From: Trichoplax sp. H2 | Taxonomy: Eukaryota | DNA length: 64,000 nt | NCBI GenBank assembly: GCA_003344405.1 | Contig: NOWV01000223.1 | Location: forward strand, 1-64,000 | Direction of reading: 5' to 3' | Shown here: piece after piece, positions 1-14,900 of the stretch | How the letters are laid out: each line of letters begins with the position of its first letter | Position numbering within the stretch: position 1 is the first letter of the stretch | Position numbers and translations under genes: made by a program | The notes under the pieces: model-generated | Databases searched by the model: none | Told to the model about the DNA's origin: nothing | Seen by the model: only the letters and a program-made list of their open reading frames with translations

Positions 1-131
1 GTATATATCATAGCAACGATGGAATATCTCAGCTATCATTACAAGATGATGTTGAAAAGAGCTAGATATAAACTAGTCCGGATACACCATAATGCTTTAT
101 TAATAAATCTATTATATTAAAATTGTATTAG

Positions 132-790
132 GGTTTATCCATTTTCGTTTTCCATTGCCTTTTTAATTCTGAGGTATTATAATGAATATTATTAACATTA
201 TTGCATTTCTTTTACTTAACTTACAATTATTTCGTTGTAAGCGATACTAAAGCTAAATTAAAAATTTGTTACTAAATTCAATTACTGTTCACAGTATTTT
301 TGAGTTGTAGTATTAACAGTTATATAAGCAATCGTTAAAGTGTGAAAGTACTCTTTTAATTTGATGTTCTATAAAGCATATTATAGTAAATCTTGGATTT
401 AATACTTTTTTACTGTAGGTCCGCCAAGCATATCATCGCATGGTTAGCAAGAGACAAGCTACATCGATGACTGGAAAGGTATTAGCGTAGAGCAAAAACT
501 GGATAACACAAACAGAGATAATTATCTTTCGATGTATGATCATGTAGCGTTTTATCATCAGCAATATTGAAACTATCTGATACTAAGAATAGTAGACTAT
601 TCTACTTCTTAATGCTACCGTACTTCAGTTAGTACTGTAATCAGCTGAAATGCAACAGTTTATTTTGTTTTCGTTTTAAAATAAGTTATCTTGTTTTCAT
701 CGGAATATTTGGTAATAATTATATGAAAATTATTTTAGTCGCAAGCCATAGGAAGTACACGAGGTCCAGTTTTCCGCAGAAACTCAAAAT
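132..790 (+). CDS. 3' exons of an upstream adhesion GPCR paralogue (TM7, helix 8, C-tail); gene starts before the window
   Basis: AG/GT-bounded exons 132-173 (GLSIFVFHCLFNSE), 419-478 (VRQAYHRMVSKRQATSMTGK) and 739-790 (SQAIGSTRGPVFRRNSK) match in phase and, for the first two, in sequence and size the equivalent exons of the two downstream genes (GISIFIFHCLYNSE/VRQQYRRL; GITIFVFHCVLSSE/VRQKYTLL). Terminal exon and stop uncertain (~810-1096). Confidence 0.85.
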
Positions 791-1211
791 GTAAGAGCTG
801 TAAAACTTAAGTTTGCTTGTATCAGGTATAATATACATATAATACTTCAATTTAAAAATTCGAAGTATAATTTGTAATAATATGTACGCCAACACATCTC
901 AGAAAGAAAGTACGAAAGAGTATTTTAAAATTTTAAGTAAGTCATTTTTCACGGTAGATTATATTTTAGCTAGACTTTTACAGCATAATTGTAAATTTTC
1001 AGGTGTAGTATACATGTTTATTCCCTTCAGCCTGTAGCATGCCTGCAGAATGAATTTCAGCCTCAATTAGTATGTTTACTCGACAACCTTTTATAAATGA
1101 GACGATCTTTTGAAACAAAACATTTACCTCTCGTTACTCTGCAAAATAATAAAATAATCTTTTCCAAGAAATTATAATTCAAAGGAATTAAAATATCCAT
1201 TGTTATCACGA

Positions 1212-1718
1212 TTTTACGTTAGTGAATCTACCGTGATGAGTAATAACTTACTTAATTTAGATATGTATATGTATCACGTTAAGATAGTTATTAATTTGGA
1301 TATGTGCTTGAATTATTTTATGACTTAATATAGCCTATACAAACCTGTTCCTAAAACAGGTTAAATTATACTCAATATGGTATATGAATTGTCAATGGTA
1401 AATCTACTATAAATCCTGTTAATTATAAGCTAGGGCAAACATAAAATTAATCTATAGTAATATTACAAATTCATTGGATTAGACTAGCAGGAATTTAATG
1501 TATTCACGAAGTCTTATTGGTCGAAATATATCACTCATCGTAAACCGGTTTTATGGCTAGAAAAGCTATTTAAATGATTTATTTTGAATATTAAATTAGA
1601 CTTGCGTTTTCTAGAATAAAGATATAGTTAGAAGATTCCGAAAGTGCATTTCTCCGTTATTGTTACTTATCTAGGGTAATCTAATTAGTTTAGATTAGGC
1701 AAGTTTAGTTAAGTAACA
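1212..1718 (+). mobile_element. Solo-LTR-like element, family C
   Basis: Closely similar to 56096-57159 once its nested insert is removed; ends GTAACA; flanked by perfect 5-bp direct repeat CACGA (1207-1211, 1719-1723); AATAAA near the 3' end. Confidence 0.8.
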
Positions 1719-1863
1719 CACGACTTATCTGAGTTTAGAAAAGTTTAAATCGATTTAATATATTGCATTAGATCATATAGCTATCATAAATGAATGAGCC
1801 TTTCCTAATTTTGCAATGAAAATAATTAGCATCTTGATTTGGGAGATTCACTAAATGTTAGTA

Positions 1864-2490
1864 ATGCATTTTGTTTCTCGAATATTTCTAGTTGTTGACG
1901 AGTCCAGTGTTGTGGCAGGATTTTCATCCGATCGTCGATCGTTGGTAAGTAATTTTAGTTTGTTCCGATCTTTCTCCAACATTGATAATTGAGCTGAAAT
2001 TGAAGTACAAGCTGCAATTGTTCCATACGATAATTTTGTTACGAAAATCACATAATTTTCATGCTTTTATCATACATGGATAGTTTACGAATAAAGTCTC
2101 TCCAAGCACGTCTAATACAGGCTTTGGTCAACCAGATATATCTGTCTAGACTGTTAAGCTAGTTACAAGTTGGAAGAAAAGACTGCGCTCAAGTTAGATA
2201 ATTTAAATGTTTAGAAATTTGAAGTCAAGCTTACATTTGGAAATATACTACCGCTTAAACAACATCAATTCAACCTAGATGGGCTAAAAGAAACGAGTTC
2301 ATTCAAAAATAAAATTATTCCTTTGGGTTTAATAGAAGTGTATGATTTACAACGGCTACTAATATTGATTGATTTATCTGCTCATACTCATAGCTTCAGC
2401 GTTCTAGATACATAGAATTTGAACTTTAAAGCATTATGATTATTAAGACCCGATCATTAGAATTACGAAATGATTGCAAATTTTACTGTT
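1864..2490 (+). pseudogene. Decayed von Willebrand factor A-domain coding remnant
   Basis: Manual translation gives IFLVVDESSVV...VQAAIVPYDNFV and, in another frame, LKE...KIIPLGL...DLQRL...HSFSVLD, resembling vWA first strand/MIDAS and C-terminal motifs; interrupted by stops and frameshifts. Confidence 0.4.
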
Positions 2491-3132
2491 ACATTTTACT
2501 GGTATATTTTACTTAAAAGCATTAATTATAGTTTATAACGATTACTGATAATGAAGATCGATCGATCAGTCGATAGATTAATTATAAGCAATATTACATA
2601 AAATCTGGTAGGCAACAATTATTCATATTTGCTATTGTAAGAAATCTCATGATGATACAATTCGCCATGTTAAAGAATCTTCAGGTACGCATATCAATTT
2701 TACAATATGAGCGAGCACTGACATTTACTGAAGGCAAATTGCGATGCTGTCAGTGATAAATTATAATAACTAAAATCGCAGTTAAATACGCAAATGTAGT
2801 ACTGATACTGTCCTTATATTCTAGATTTCTTAATTTCAAATTACGATATCTTTACTTTTACATCATTCCAGGAGTAAATCGTAACGTTTTACTGTGGTAT
2901 ATCACTGTTTTAACTTGTTTCACTTTGAAAAGTTACAGTTCTCTATTCCACAACACCTATAATTAAAATAACATTGAAATAAAAATAATTGTATCAATCA
3001 ATCTATTAAGCGTTTATGCTACTTGCAATGCCACATGTTTGTCCAAATAGCGCTATTACTGAAGCTTATAATTCAAATTCCCATTAAGAAAAATATCAAA
3101 AATACAACATGCTTAAAATTGTTCTAGTGCCA

Positions 3133-3637
3133 TGAGATATACACCGAAATTCCAAATTTTAGAAAAATAAGGGCTTTATTGAATCTTATACAAAGATTAA
3201 CTACACACAGCTCTACTCAAGCCGAATACTACTACTAAAGACTTTTATACTTTTCGTAGTATTCACAGCTACAATCCTCATGGCAACCTTTTACCTTATT
3301 TACACATAGTAAATTATTCTTAGTAACACAATTCTACTGCGGACCATCATTAATCCGATATGGATACGACTACAGTATTTACGTAGACATTATTTACACC
3401 AGCCAAAGTACAATGAATCAATCATATCCTAATATATGATTTACAGTTCTATTTTTACCTATAACCTTATTAGTAACTCAACACCTGACTGTATATAGCC
3501 ATCTATACTCTAGCATAGAGTCTCTACCACTACGGTCTATAGTTATGGCTGCCAAATATCTCTTAGGATAAATATCTACCGTACATTATACTAAACATGG
3601 CTAACAGTCTACAATCACAATACCAAGTTACGTTACA
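3133..3637 (-). mobile_element. Solo-LTR-like element, family D (reverse orientation)
   Basis: Reverse complement of 32054-32602 and 56489-57040 with an internal deletion; no clear TSD. Confidence 0.8.
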
Positions 3638-4357
3638 ATCACATTTCAGCTACTTTTCGTGCTGTAATTTCAAGGCCAGCGTAGGTCAAAGATTGCATAA
3701 ACTACCGCATATTGTGATATAATAAATATTCAAATTCGAAGAAGGAGGTATAATTTCTGTTAAAATAATTCTTGAAATTGGAATTAGACTTTATACCGAG
3801 AAATTCAGCCTATGACACAAGTTAAATTAAAATTCATCTTCTCTGACAATAGCAGTATTAGATGGATTTTTGTTAAATATAGTTTGGATGGAGCAATTAA
3901 GGTATTTTGCTGCAGTATTTCACGAAGTATAATTAACGAAATATCGTGTAATTTAAGTAAAATATAACTGTAGTTTCGATATGAAAACACATAAAAGTGC
4001 GATACATAAGGTACTCTAGATTATATTGTGGAGATTATGAGAAAAAAGTAGTTAGGTAGGTAAGGACAGCTACTGCACCAGGCTGCTTGTAAGTTTCAAG
4101 TAAGAACATATAAATAGTTTACGGAGAGTTTTTATCATACTGCTCCATTATTAAGGTCTTTTGAAATTGTTTACTCAAGCTAAAGATAATTTATTAGTTA
4201 TGAATGGAGTACGATACCAACCAGCTTATAGTGAAATCAGTAAAAGAAGCTTAAGACTATAAAGTTGCTGCTGTCTACCGAAAATTATAATATTTCCTTG
4301 TAAATGTAATATAGTCTATTCTTAGTAAAGTTAATTTCCACATAGACTGCGACATAA

Positions 4358-4562
4358 CAGATAGAGAAGACCTGGACCCACGCGAAAATAATAATATAAA
4401 AAAAATCATTTAAAGAAAAAAAAAGAGCCGTCGGCTTAAAAATTTTTTATATATTTCTTTGGCATATATGCTTACGCGCGCGAGAAGAAATGTAAAAAAA
4501 CTCTTGAGCCGACGATTTATTTTTGAATTCTCTTAGTTAGTTATTATATACGAGATTCGTGA
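4358..4562 (-). mobile_element. Truncated copy of the GAG...CTC MITE, inverted relative to 4981-5208
   Basis: Near-perfect reverse complement of 5003-5208; lacks the second TIR. Confidence 0.85.
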
Positions 4563-4980
4563 CTAGTTTTCGAATACTGACAAAGCTAAGTACTTACTAC
4601 CACTCATTCGTTTATTGATAATTACAACGGCTTTTATATGTGCGCCGTCAACACTTACAGTGTAACGTTGTACAATACATAGTTTATGATATCCATATCT
4701 AGAATTAGGCAGACTTGTAAATTGTAAATTAGTCACGATAATTGATTCTATAATTATACAGCGTAAGTTAACTATCAATATGGACTGTAGATAATAACGC
4801 AGTTATCATCCATCCATCTTAAGCGTAGCATTACAAAATACATATATAGAAATACTGTAAGACATATCAAACCGGATAATCAGTCTTATATTATTGAGTA
4901 TTCGATTGCAAATGTTCCACATAATTTATAATGTATGTTCCACATAGACTATAAACTTCACAGATTATTTAGATTTATTA

Positions 4981-5208
4981 GAGATAGAGAAGACCTGGAC
5001 CAATCGCGAATCTCGTATATAATAACTAACTAAGAGAATTCAAAAATAAATCGTCGGCTCAAGAGTTTTTTTACATTTCTTCTCGCGCGCGTAAGCATAT
5101 ATGCCAAAGAAATATATAAAAAATTTTTAAGCCGACGGCTCTTTTTTTTTCTTTAAATGATTTTTTTTATATTATTATTTTCCCGTGGGTCCAGGTCTTC
5201 TCTATCTC
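4981..5208 (+). mobile_element. 228-bp MITE with 21-bp TIRs GAGATAGAGAAGACCTGGACC
   Basis: Perfect 21-bp terminal inverted repeats; flanks ATTA/ATAA (possible 4-bp TSD); no ORF. Confidence 0.85.
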
Positions 5209-8200
5209 ATAACTCGTTATTTGTATAATCTATATTTGACTATTCCTACTATGGAAATCCCCTATACTCTAGTTTGATTGTATCGTAGAATTACCTTAAT
5301 ATAGAATCAAGGTATTCTTATTAGTCATTCGTATTTTATAAATTACTAGTACAAATTCACGTCGCTTTGCTGACGGTTTGCGATAATGTACCCATTTATT
5401 AATAATTAACAGATAGTATAACCATTCGACATTATTTATATCCCGGTAATAGCCAGGCACTACTATATTCACCGCTATGCTTGTAGAATACTACTTTTCA
5501 ATAATACATTCACGGATGAAATGCTATATTAAGATTAGTTCATGGTCCAAAGCACATTATGATAACTAATGTACGATGATGGACATACCAACTTAAGATT
5601 AGCAGGTACAGTATTAAGATATCTACAGTGCGGTACAATGTCCTTACTACTGTGGTCAATTCTATACCAATCATTATAATGTGTCTAAGGATCGCTTGAG
5701 TATGCAAGCAAAGCTTGCTCTGTCGATAGCAACCGTTACAAGAAAATGTAACAATCAAAATGGCTGTGTAGAAAACTCTATTAAGATTCCATGTTTATTC
5801 AATTTTCATCAGAACATTACATGAAATCAAAACTTAAAGGCTTAGTGGCCACCCTTAGCGATATAACGAATACTATTTTATAAATCAGTACTCTACAGAA
5901 ATAACTACCGTGCTGCTCGTTTAAAGGGTGGGTGAGTGCGATTTCCACCTGCTATGCTTCTTACATTATATAAGCGATAATCTTGCATCTATCAAGTTAG
6001 TTAGTTACATGATAAGCTTGCACGCTTTATCTATTCTACATTACTATAGCTACTTGACTAGTCAGATCGCTGTATACGCTATAACCTCGCAGGATTTTCC
6101 TCTTGCTCTAATTCCAACAAAGTCTAATTCGATGTCTTAATTTAATTCTGGTAATTTATTGCGATTATTACGAATCTTAAACCTTCCGAAACATCATAAA
6201 AATGACTAGAATTCTGTGTGAAGCCGAGACCTATAGTATGATGTAACATTGAAATCATTGGCCTACTATCATTTGTATTTTACGCTATCTAAATCAGAAT
6301 TATAAAAGTAACATTAATTCTCTACAGCAAAGTCAACAGAAAAATACTTTAGCCAGTGAATTTATTTTTCACTATAAATGAATTTTTTTAATAAGCGTTC
6401 ACGTTCTTACGGACAATTGACTATGTGCTATCAGGATCAGAATCATATTAAAACTAAGCAATATAGCTAACTTAGTCTTATGATTCATGTGGATCTAGTG
6501 CAAACAGTTGCATCAATATGTTTTATAAGTATATTCATATCAGTACTTAATTACCTAGATACATTCTTAAAGTTATTTTAAACAAATAAGGTGTAAATTA
6601 CACTATTACCAAAAATATAAATTACGGCCATAATATTATTCAAAAGAATTTAATAAAGGTTATCAGCAGATAATCTTTCATTTTAACTGCATAAACCAGC
6701 TTTAAATATCAATAATTTCTGTAATTGGAATATAAGATTCAGCTGAGATAATCTCTAGGATAATAGACTCAGGCTGGCGGTAGCCAATATAAGACAATAG
6801 AAGTTAAAAATACTTCTAACGCATTTATAATGACGATTGTGGCAAAGAATACAGGAAAAATACCGGCAACTAACGATCATACACAACAATTGAAATCTAG
6901 AATAACCTGCCTTAATTAAAGTCATACCGTTTACTCTATATATAGAAAACTACACACTAAGTGAATAAATTGCTAATAAACTATTTAAAAATCTTTGAAT
7001 TAAAAATTTTTTAAGATAACAGAATTAAAATTATCTATTATTTTGATTTCTATATGAAATTCGTTTAATAAATCTCGCTCACTGGAAGTTACTATAGTCA
7101 ACTATCATAAATTCACTGTTTGTGTAACTGGAAAAAAAGATTTCTATCGCAAATGTTAACATAAATTAAGTTTTACATGTGTCTTATTATACTTAGTCAA
7201 AAAAACAGAAATAACAAGAAAGCAAAACTGTGTGTATGCTGCTTAAATAATTTCGAGGAAGGAGGAAAAGGCAGAGTAGAACAAAGTATAATCAGCATGT
7301 ATTAGTAACCTCCTACTCTTTTACAATAAACTGTCAGTATAATCGAGACAGATAAGAAATAAATTGTTAATAAATGTACTTAGCCATAAAAAATAATGAC
7401 CCTTATTGCTTTGCATTGTCAGATAATCTAAATTATCGTATAATGACAGATATTGTCTTCTGAAATGATTTGTTTACAAGTAAGAGTTTATATTTAAGAA
7501 TTGTTCCTAAGTAACATTATAAATATCCGGTGATTGATTTATTACAATTAGAGAAGTAACTGAGTCAAAATATAATTAAATTGTTATAAAATCAATAAAA
7601 TTGAATGGTTTTCATGAAAATAATTTATCCAACTTGATCTTTATTCATTATAAGCATAATTTTTTATATGAAATTATTGATAATAATCGAAAAAAATATA
7701 TAGAATGAAATCAATTGATCAGTCTACTATTATTACTATTGTAATATAAATACTCAATCAAAGAGTAGATATTTTGTACAATCTATTATAGAACTTTATG
7801 ATTACACACATGAATATTCCTGAACTATACTATAAGTGTCATCTATTATTGCAATCATAAATAATCCATATAGTTAATATTGCAAATATCATAGACAGAA
7901 TTCTTACCCATATGGGAATATTAATTAGTTTCATAGTATTTCTAGCACTTATCACTATCGTCATTTCATTTTAGATACGTAATTTTATGTTTTTCTCTAT
8001 TAAGCTATCTAAAACTGAAAATTTCAAGTCCATCAAAAATCTTTTTGCATTTACACATATTTGGTCGGTCATTCAAGCCTACAGACATTAAGATTTGAAA
8101 ATTGATCAGCATTTTCCTGGCACTGGTTCTGCCTTTAATCGGCCTTTACAAATGGTACTGTATTTAATGAAAATAAGTTGGAGGCTAACATACATTATAT

Positions 8201-8934
8201 CGGAAAAATGTTTATGCGTACGGTACACGTACATTATTAGTTTTACTTTGATAAGTACCAGCTTGTTTAGCTTATTATAATAATTTAGAAGAGCGAATGA
8301 AACAAGGAAACAGGAATTGCCTCGATATTTCTAGAATAGGCTACTTGCTAGCGGAGAGGTTGTGATTGGATTGAACAACTTTTCTGCTTCATAACTGAAT
8401 CAATAATTAGACTTTAGTACCATATATAATATTTCTATAAAATAATATTTTAACGTTTAGAGAATAAACTTTCAAGTACTGATAGTTAAGAATAAATTCA
8501 TAATTTCAAATTTTAAAGTAGGTAAATTCTTCTTTACGAAATTTATTTAATCAACAATTGAAGTAGTTGTGCGTTTACAAGCTAGTTAAAATGAGCATTA
8601 TAATTTTACTACTTGAAATAAAATTACTTCTTAGAGCAATATACTTTGAATAAGCTTATTTATATTACACACTCTTGTTGAAGTTAAAGTATTTCGCTTT
8701 CTTTTTCTCAGGTTATCTGAATCTCCTTAAACTTATCTTGAGTTATCCAAGTAATGATATTTACAGACGATGCTAGCTTGGACGCTATAGTTGATCTATG
8801 GAACTTATGAAGAATCGTCCTGTTCAATAATATCATTAAATACGTAGCTACTTATAGTAGTACTACAGATTTATAATAAAACGCCATTTACTTATTCCTA
8901 ATACAAACATTCCTTTGCAAAAATTAATTTTTAA

Positions 8935-11900
8935 ATGGGAACATCATCGAACTACTTTATGGCAAAGGCAATCTACGGATTTATCATTACAGTAAGTTAA
9001 CTTCCAAAACTTTAATTTTAATTAGGTTTGAGATCAGTCATTAACAATTATGAGCACTTACTTGATCTTATGTTTAAGTAATTTAGGAAAGCTTCTGTCA
9101 GATTTTTATTTATGACTTTAAATTCAATTTGAATACAAAAAATGAGTCTTAATAGTCAATGATTTTGTAAATGTAGATTTGCTGGCCAATCTAATTCATA
9201 TACATATTACATTTTCTTTAGTAATACTGCCTTGCAATATTGTAATTTAAGGTCTAAAGTTCTTGCTTAAGCATGTTATGTAAAGATAATTTTCGTACAA
9301 TAGCATTCATGATAGAGAATTAATCGTTAACGGGTTACAAAAGCGTTATGGTTGACTTAAATACACGTGAATTTGCCAGTAAATAAATAAATTTTCGATA
9401 ACGACTTTTATGAATAGCAACAGACACGATAGTGTGCCTAACTGTTCTACCTAGAGATCATTTAAATAAATTGTGCGATTTTTGAATAACATTTAGATAC
9501 AAGTTCAGTAAACTACAATGTTATTAGTTTGCTATAAAGATGAAAGTGTTAGAGAAAGTTTTGAACATTAGATTACGTACATAATTTATTTATTTTTTCC
9601 ACTTGGATAAAATATTGCTTTGTTATACGGTAATAACACTTTATAAAGTTTATTTAGCTAGTAAATATCTATAAGTAGTAATAGCTTAAACTATGCAATA
9701 TTAATACAAACGTAAAAGCATTTAAAGGAATTAAGAATATAAAATTACGCGTCAGAATCAAGTGTAACTCACCATATTATATCGAAAAATTGCTCTTAAT
9801 ACGGTGAAGCAATTGATCAATAATGAAGTAATATAATAACAAGCTGAAATGATATTTCCATTCTTTAAGACATCAAACAAAATTTTTAATCGGATAATCG
9901 ATAAAGCCTCTTACACAAACATAGAAACAAATATTGCAAAATAGAAATACAAAATAATGCAATCGAGTATAATAATAGTTATAGAGTATACGTGTGACAG
10001 ATATACTATATAGTATACAAATGAAAATATATTTATTGCATAAAGAATCGTTTGAATCCGAAATAAATCTAATGAACAGCAAGACATAGTAATAAAACTA
10101 GATGAGAAAAATGATAAATTTAATGAACTGATAAGAAAATCATACGTATGTTTATGTTAATTTCGTTGACTTATATAATAGTATAAATATCTCAACCTAA
10201 TTGACATTCTATGCAAATACTGCCGTCGTATACACGAAAAGAAAGATATAAATGACGATATCTGTAAATACACAAGTCTTAGAGAATTTCCATAATTATA
10301 GTTCTTATGATGTACTATTATAATATAAAATGTGCCTAATTATATATCATTATTACGGAATCAATTAAAATGGACTTCAGAAGACATCGTATAGTTACGA
10401 ATCACGGGACAAATACGAAAATTACAAAATTAATGGTTGCAACTCAAGTATAAAATTTATATTTATATAAATTTTATGTTTATCATTTACAAGGCCAAAT
10501 GTTGAGCTAGTTATAATAACTACATTGTTTGAAATTTCAATATTATGCAAGAGCATATCAAGGAAAATTCGTGACGCTGATGTCTAAATTACAGGCTAAT
10601 ATTGATCAACACCGTATGGGCTTCGTAGAATGTACTCATGTATAATTTTAAATGAGTTTAAATATGGAAGATGGTCTACAGTTAAAATAAAATGGATAAA
10701 TTACTGCGATAGTGATTGAAATCCATGCCTGTAATAGATGAATTTCTCTTGAAAAAGCCGTATAAGATCGTGCTTATACTCTCACATAAAACATATGAAT
10801 TATCAATCGAAATTCTTACTCATGAAGCTCTGCAACATCTAAAATTAAGTTAAGAAGCAGTCTTAATCTAAAAGTTATGTGCTTGAAGGGTATCTGGACT
10901 TAATATGAAAATCAAATTACTAGATGACAATAAATGATTGTATTCATTCCGTGTTAATTTCGACCCTAAGAATTTTTTCTTTTGCTTCAGTTCATTCTTT
11001 TAGAGAGTAATTTAAATGATTAATGCCGTTTTACATTTTGCCTTAATGATTACATTTGAAAAAAGTTATTTCTTTAATTTAGTTAAAAATGACCTGATAA
11101 AGTTACTTAATAACTGAAAATATAATTATTCGGAGTGATTTTATCATTGCCATAGGCGGTCAAGATAAGCCAGATTACTTTGCTTAATAATAAGGAAAAT
11201 CCTTTTGAATGCCGGATGTTCCTAGTTAAAATCTATCTTTATCCTATTGTTAAGGAGCAATGAAAAAAGTAGAATCAGTAATTTTCTCTTTTACTGACGA
11301 ATTCCTCTGATTCATGGCAAAATATGTTCATTAACAGAAAAGCTCATTTACATCATTCCTGATAAGCTCAAATTATGCATTTCATCCAAATCCATCTTTA
11401 ACTGTATTTTCAATGCCATTGGATATGTTACCGTAAATTTATCCACTACTAACTTATTTATTTCGAGCTATTAAATTTATACTTCTAATACTTAAATTAC
11501 ATATTTTATCTTGCATTTGGTATACGAATACATTTATATTTAAAAGAGAAGGTCGGTAACTTTTTTGTAAATTGAAATAACTTGAAATTTCTAAAGAAGA
11601 AATTCCGATTCTTTAACCGATTTTAGTTACACTTGAAAACTTAAGATATTTTATTGCAGTTATTTACAGCAGCAGGCCTTTGTAGTTTATTACATTTGAG
11701 GCATCTCCATCAATAAAAACGGTATCAATTAAGCTTACTATTTATGCACATGCATACACACAGTAAATCTTAATCTGTAATTTCTTGCATTATTTAATCT
11801 ATGATCAACAATAGCACGCTTCATTTTCCTGCCAACCAATAATATAATAAGAATTTCTGATATATTCAATAATAAGTAGTCGATTTTAACCACTTAGGCT

Positions 11901-14900
11901 AATTTAAATTTTCTGTCTTAAGAAGCAAAAGCAATGCTTGTCCTCTGTTATACTTTATGTCACAATCTTATAAACGCTATTTATACATATAGCTTAATTG
12001 CCCTATTGCTATTCTATGATAAGGAGTAACATATTTCTTTCTCTAATAAAGAAATGCTTACATCCCAATACATAAAATTAATCTATCTGACGTTTCTTAC
12101 CTCCGTAAGAATATTTTCCTATTTGATAATGATATAAATTTAAAGATTAAAGATGCATTTGATTCATATTGTCTGTTTCGCTAGTAAAAATTTCGATAAT
12201 TAGCATACGTTTAATTACAGATATACTTCTTTTAACGATAAAAGCTTAAAGGATTTTTTTGTAGAGGATATGATTTATGCCTTATGCTTAAAAGGAATAA
12301 TAGAATATTTATTATATTTCAAATATACAGCTAGTATTTTAATAGCTATTATGCAGGACATTTAAATGTAGCTGTAACGGTTAACTGGATATATGACTGT
12401 AGTTAGCTATCTAAAATACATACCATAATAGCAGGCTATTACCATTTTGCTTTAGACTGTAATTATAATATATTACAAGATCATAGAATTCATTTTTGAA
12501 TAGCTCAAATCTATTAATTTTAAATAAGTGCTGAGAATATGAGTAACTGAACATTTATATATTTTTCCTTGAATTTATTTTAAATCTAAAATCTTTAGCT
12601 ATTCACGGCTTACAGTAGTATTGGACTTATGAAAAATTCCTATAAATCAAAATTTTATAAAATAATCTATTGCTATTTAAAATTATTAGCCTAAAATTTC
12701 AATTTCAAGCGATTATTTCCGATTAGCGTAGCATTATATAAGAATTAAATATACATGTCGTTAATTGAAATTCTAATATTTCGTAATCTTATCATTATTA
12801 TGTATTTCAATCGCATTTTCTAGATTGCCATTTTACAGCTTCCGGGTAAGCAAATTTAATTTTCTTACTAACAATGTATTCTTATGATTAGTAAATAATT
12901 TTTAGATAGCTATTAGATTAGTTCGTTGCATAATTCTTACGATTTAATCATTAAATGCTAATACATTAATCATGACTGCAAATTTTATTGCAAATCTAAA
13001 ACGTCTGCAAAATATCCATAAATTTTATTCTGTGATCAGCCAAAAAATATATAAAATGGTTATTATTTAATAATAATTAAATTTTAATCAATACAATAGA
13101 AGTCATTCCCTATATTAGCTATGTTAGTATAATGATCGAGTAATAGTCTTCCGCTATTACTGTTGGTTCACCTACGTACCCAAAATTTAGCCAACTATTG
13201 TACCGCTGCAACTAGGTGAGATCATTAAAGCTAATAAATGTTAGAAAGAATAATGATGCCACAAACTCTTAGTTTTGGTGTGTTACTTCCTAAAATGGTT
13301 GTTGTATAAATCAACAATGACTATTGCTATGTTTTTATCCAAAATATCCGTGAAGATATTATATTTCTAACAATTGGCTTCTTATCTGTAGTTGCGTAAT
13401 TTTAAAAGTCATTGTAAAAAACAGATAGATATATATTTTAACAAATAGAGTTAGGATCAACAATGCAAGGTCAAAGTACAGTCGATTGTACATTATTTCT
13501 TTTCTAGATTGAATTTTTCTTATTTTAGTGATATCTCTTTGCCAGTATAAAAGCTAGCTGGAGGCATTTATATTTTATCTAAATTTCAATTAGCATTTCT
13601 TTAATTTCCGTCAACCATAAGCAATCGAGCAGCATCGTTTGATCTCGACACGAGCGATACGTTACAAGCAGTATTGAATAAATCTCTGCCTTTGGTATAA
13701 TAATCAATCCAAAGATTACATTAATTAATTATGTTCATATTAGCTATAAGGTTTTAAAAATCATTTAATATGCAGATATGTAAAGATTTGTTCGTCATAG
13801 AATAGGCAAATATTAATGTCTTTTGAATTCTCCGATTAGACAATCAAACCTTATTATAAACACTCTTTAGTATTCGATTGTCCGTTTCCATGATACCCTA
13901 GTGAACAATGATTTCTGATTAAATTATATAAGAATAATAAATATCGATGTTTGTACTGCAGTTACATAGCTATAATACCATGAATACCTAGTGTTATCGC
14001 GTGTAAGGAAAAAGAAATTAATAACGATCAAATTAGTGAATTTTTTGTCAAGAAACTTGATATATATTGTGTGCTAAATATATTGGTATATATTCGAATA
14101 AAGCTGACGCTATAAGTAATAGTAGAAGTGACAACTACTATTACTGGAGGATAGTTTCGAGCGTACAGTTTATTAAAGCATAGACCGTAATTTATAGGAT
14201 TTCCGAGCTCTATATTAGATAGTTATATTCCAAATGTTATGTTTGACTACATTATGTGAGAGTATCATGAGATAAAGTATAATGTCGAACTGCCTGCTTT
14301 TCTAACATGTAAACCATTACTTATACCATAAAGAATTAAGTACCTATTTCATCATCTTCCCTTTGATATTTTTTCTCCATATTTGCGGCGAACCTCATTT
14401 AGATTACATTTCTAAATTAAAGATATTTTTACTATATACTAAATAGCCTTAATATATGGTAAATAATATCGTTGCTTTCTTAAAATAAGTACATTATCAG
14501 CTTTACTGTATATAGTCATTTTTGAAATTGATGTTGGTAAAATTAAAAATTTTAAGCAATTCTTAAAGCTATTGATAACTTAGTTAAGATTGAACTAACT
14601 CTTTGATCTTCTTGATAGAATTTGCTACTACTTCCTGTCCTCCAGGTTGGAAATTATATGAAAAGCAATGCGTTGGCCAAATTGCATTGCTTAAAACTTA
14701 TGATGACGCACGGCTATATTGTCAACGATCTATGAACGCTGACCTAGTTGTTATTGACAGTCAAACAAAGGAAACATTTATGGAAACTTATGTAGCAAGC
14801 ACTTACTCAGGTGCAAGCTGGATAGGATTAAAAGATATGACAGGCGATAATAATAAAAACAGCCATATATGGTTGCCTATCAATAAGTCAGTAACTGATG

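Larger units (their letters stand above)
3805..5800 (-). pseudogene. Decayed Ig/FN3 cell-surface protein remnant
   Basis: Minus-strand fragments TLY(R)TVD...LSWYV and HSGEY..CLA (~5400-5640), IVNLRCII...NVTL..DG.(T)Y (~4630-4778), and FN3-like DFTISW...SP*TIYMFLLETY..PG (~4070-4240); many stops and frameshifts. Confidence 0.35.
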
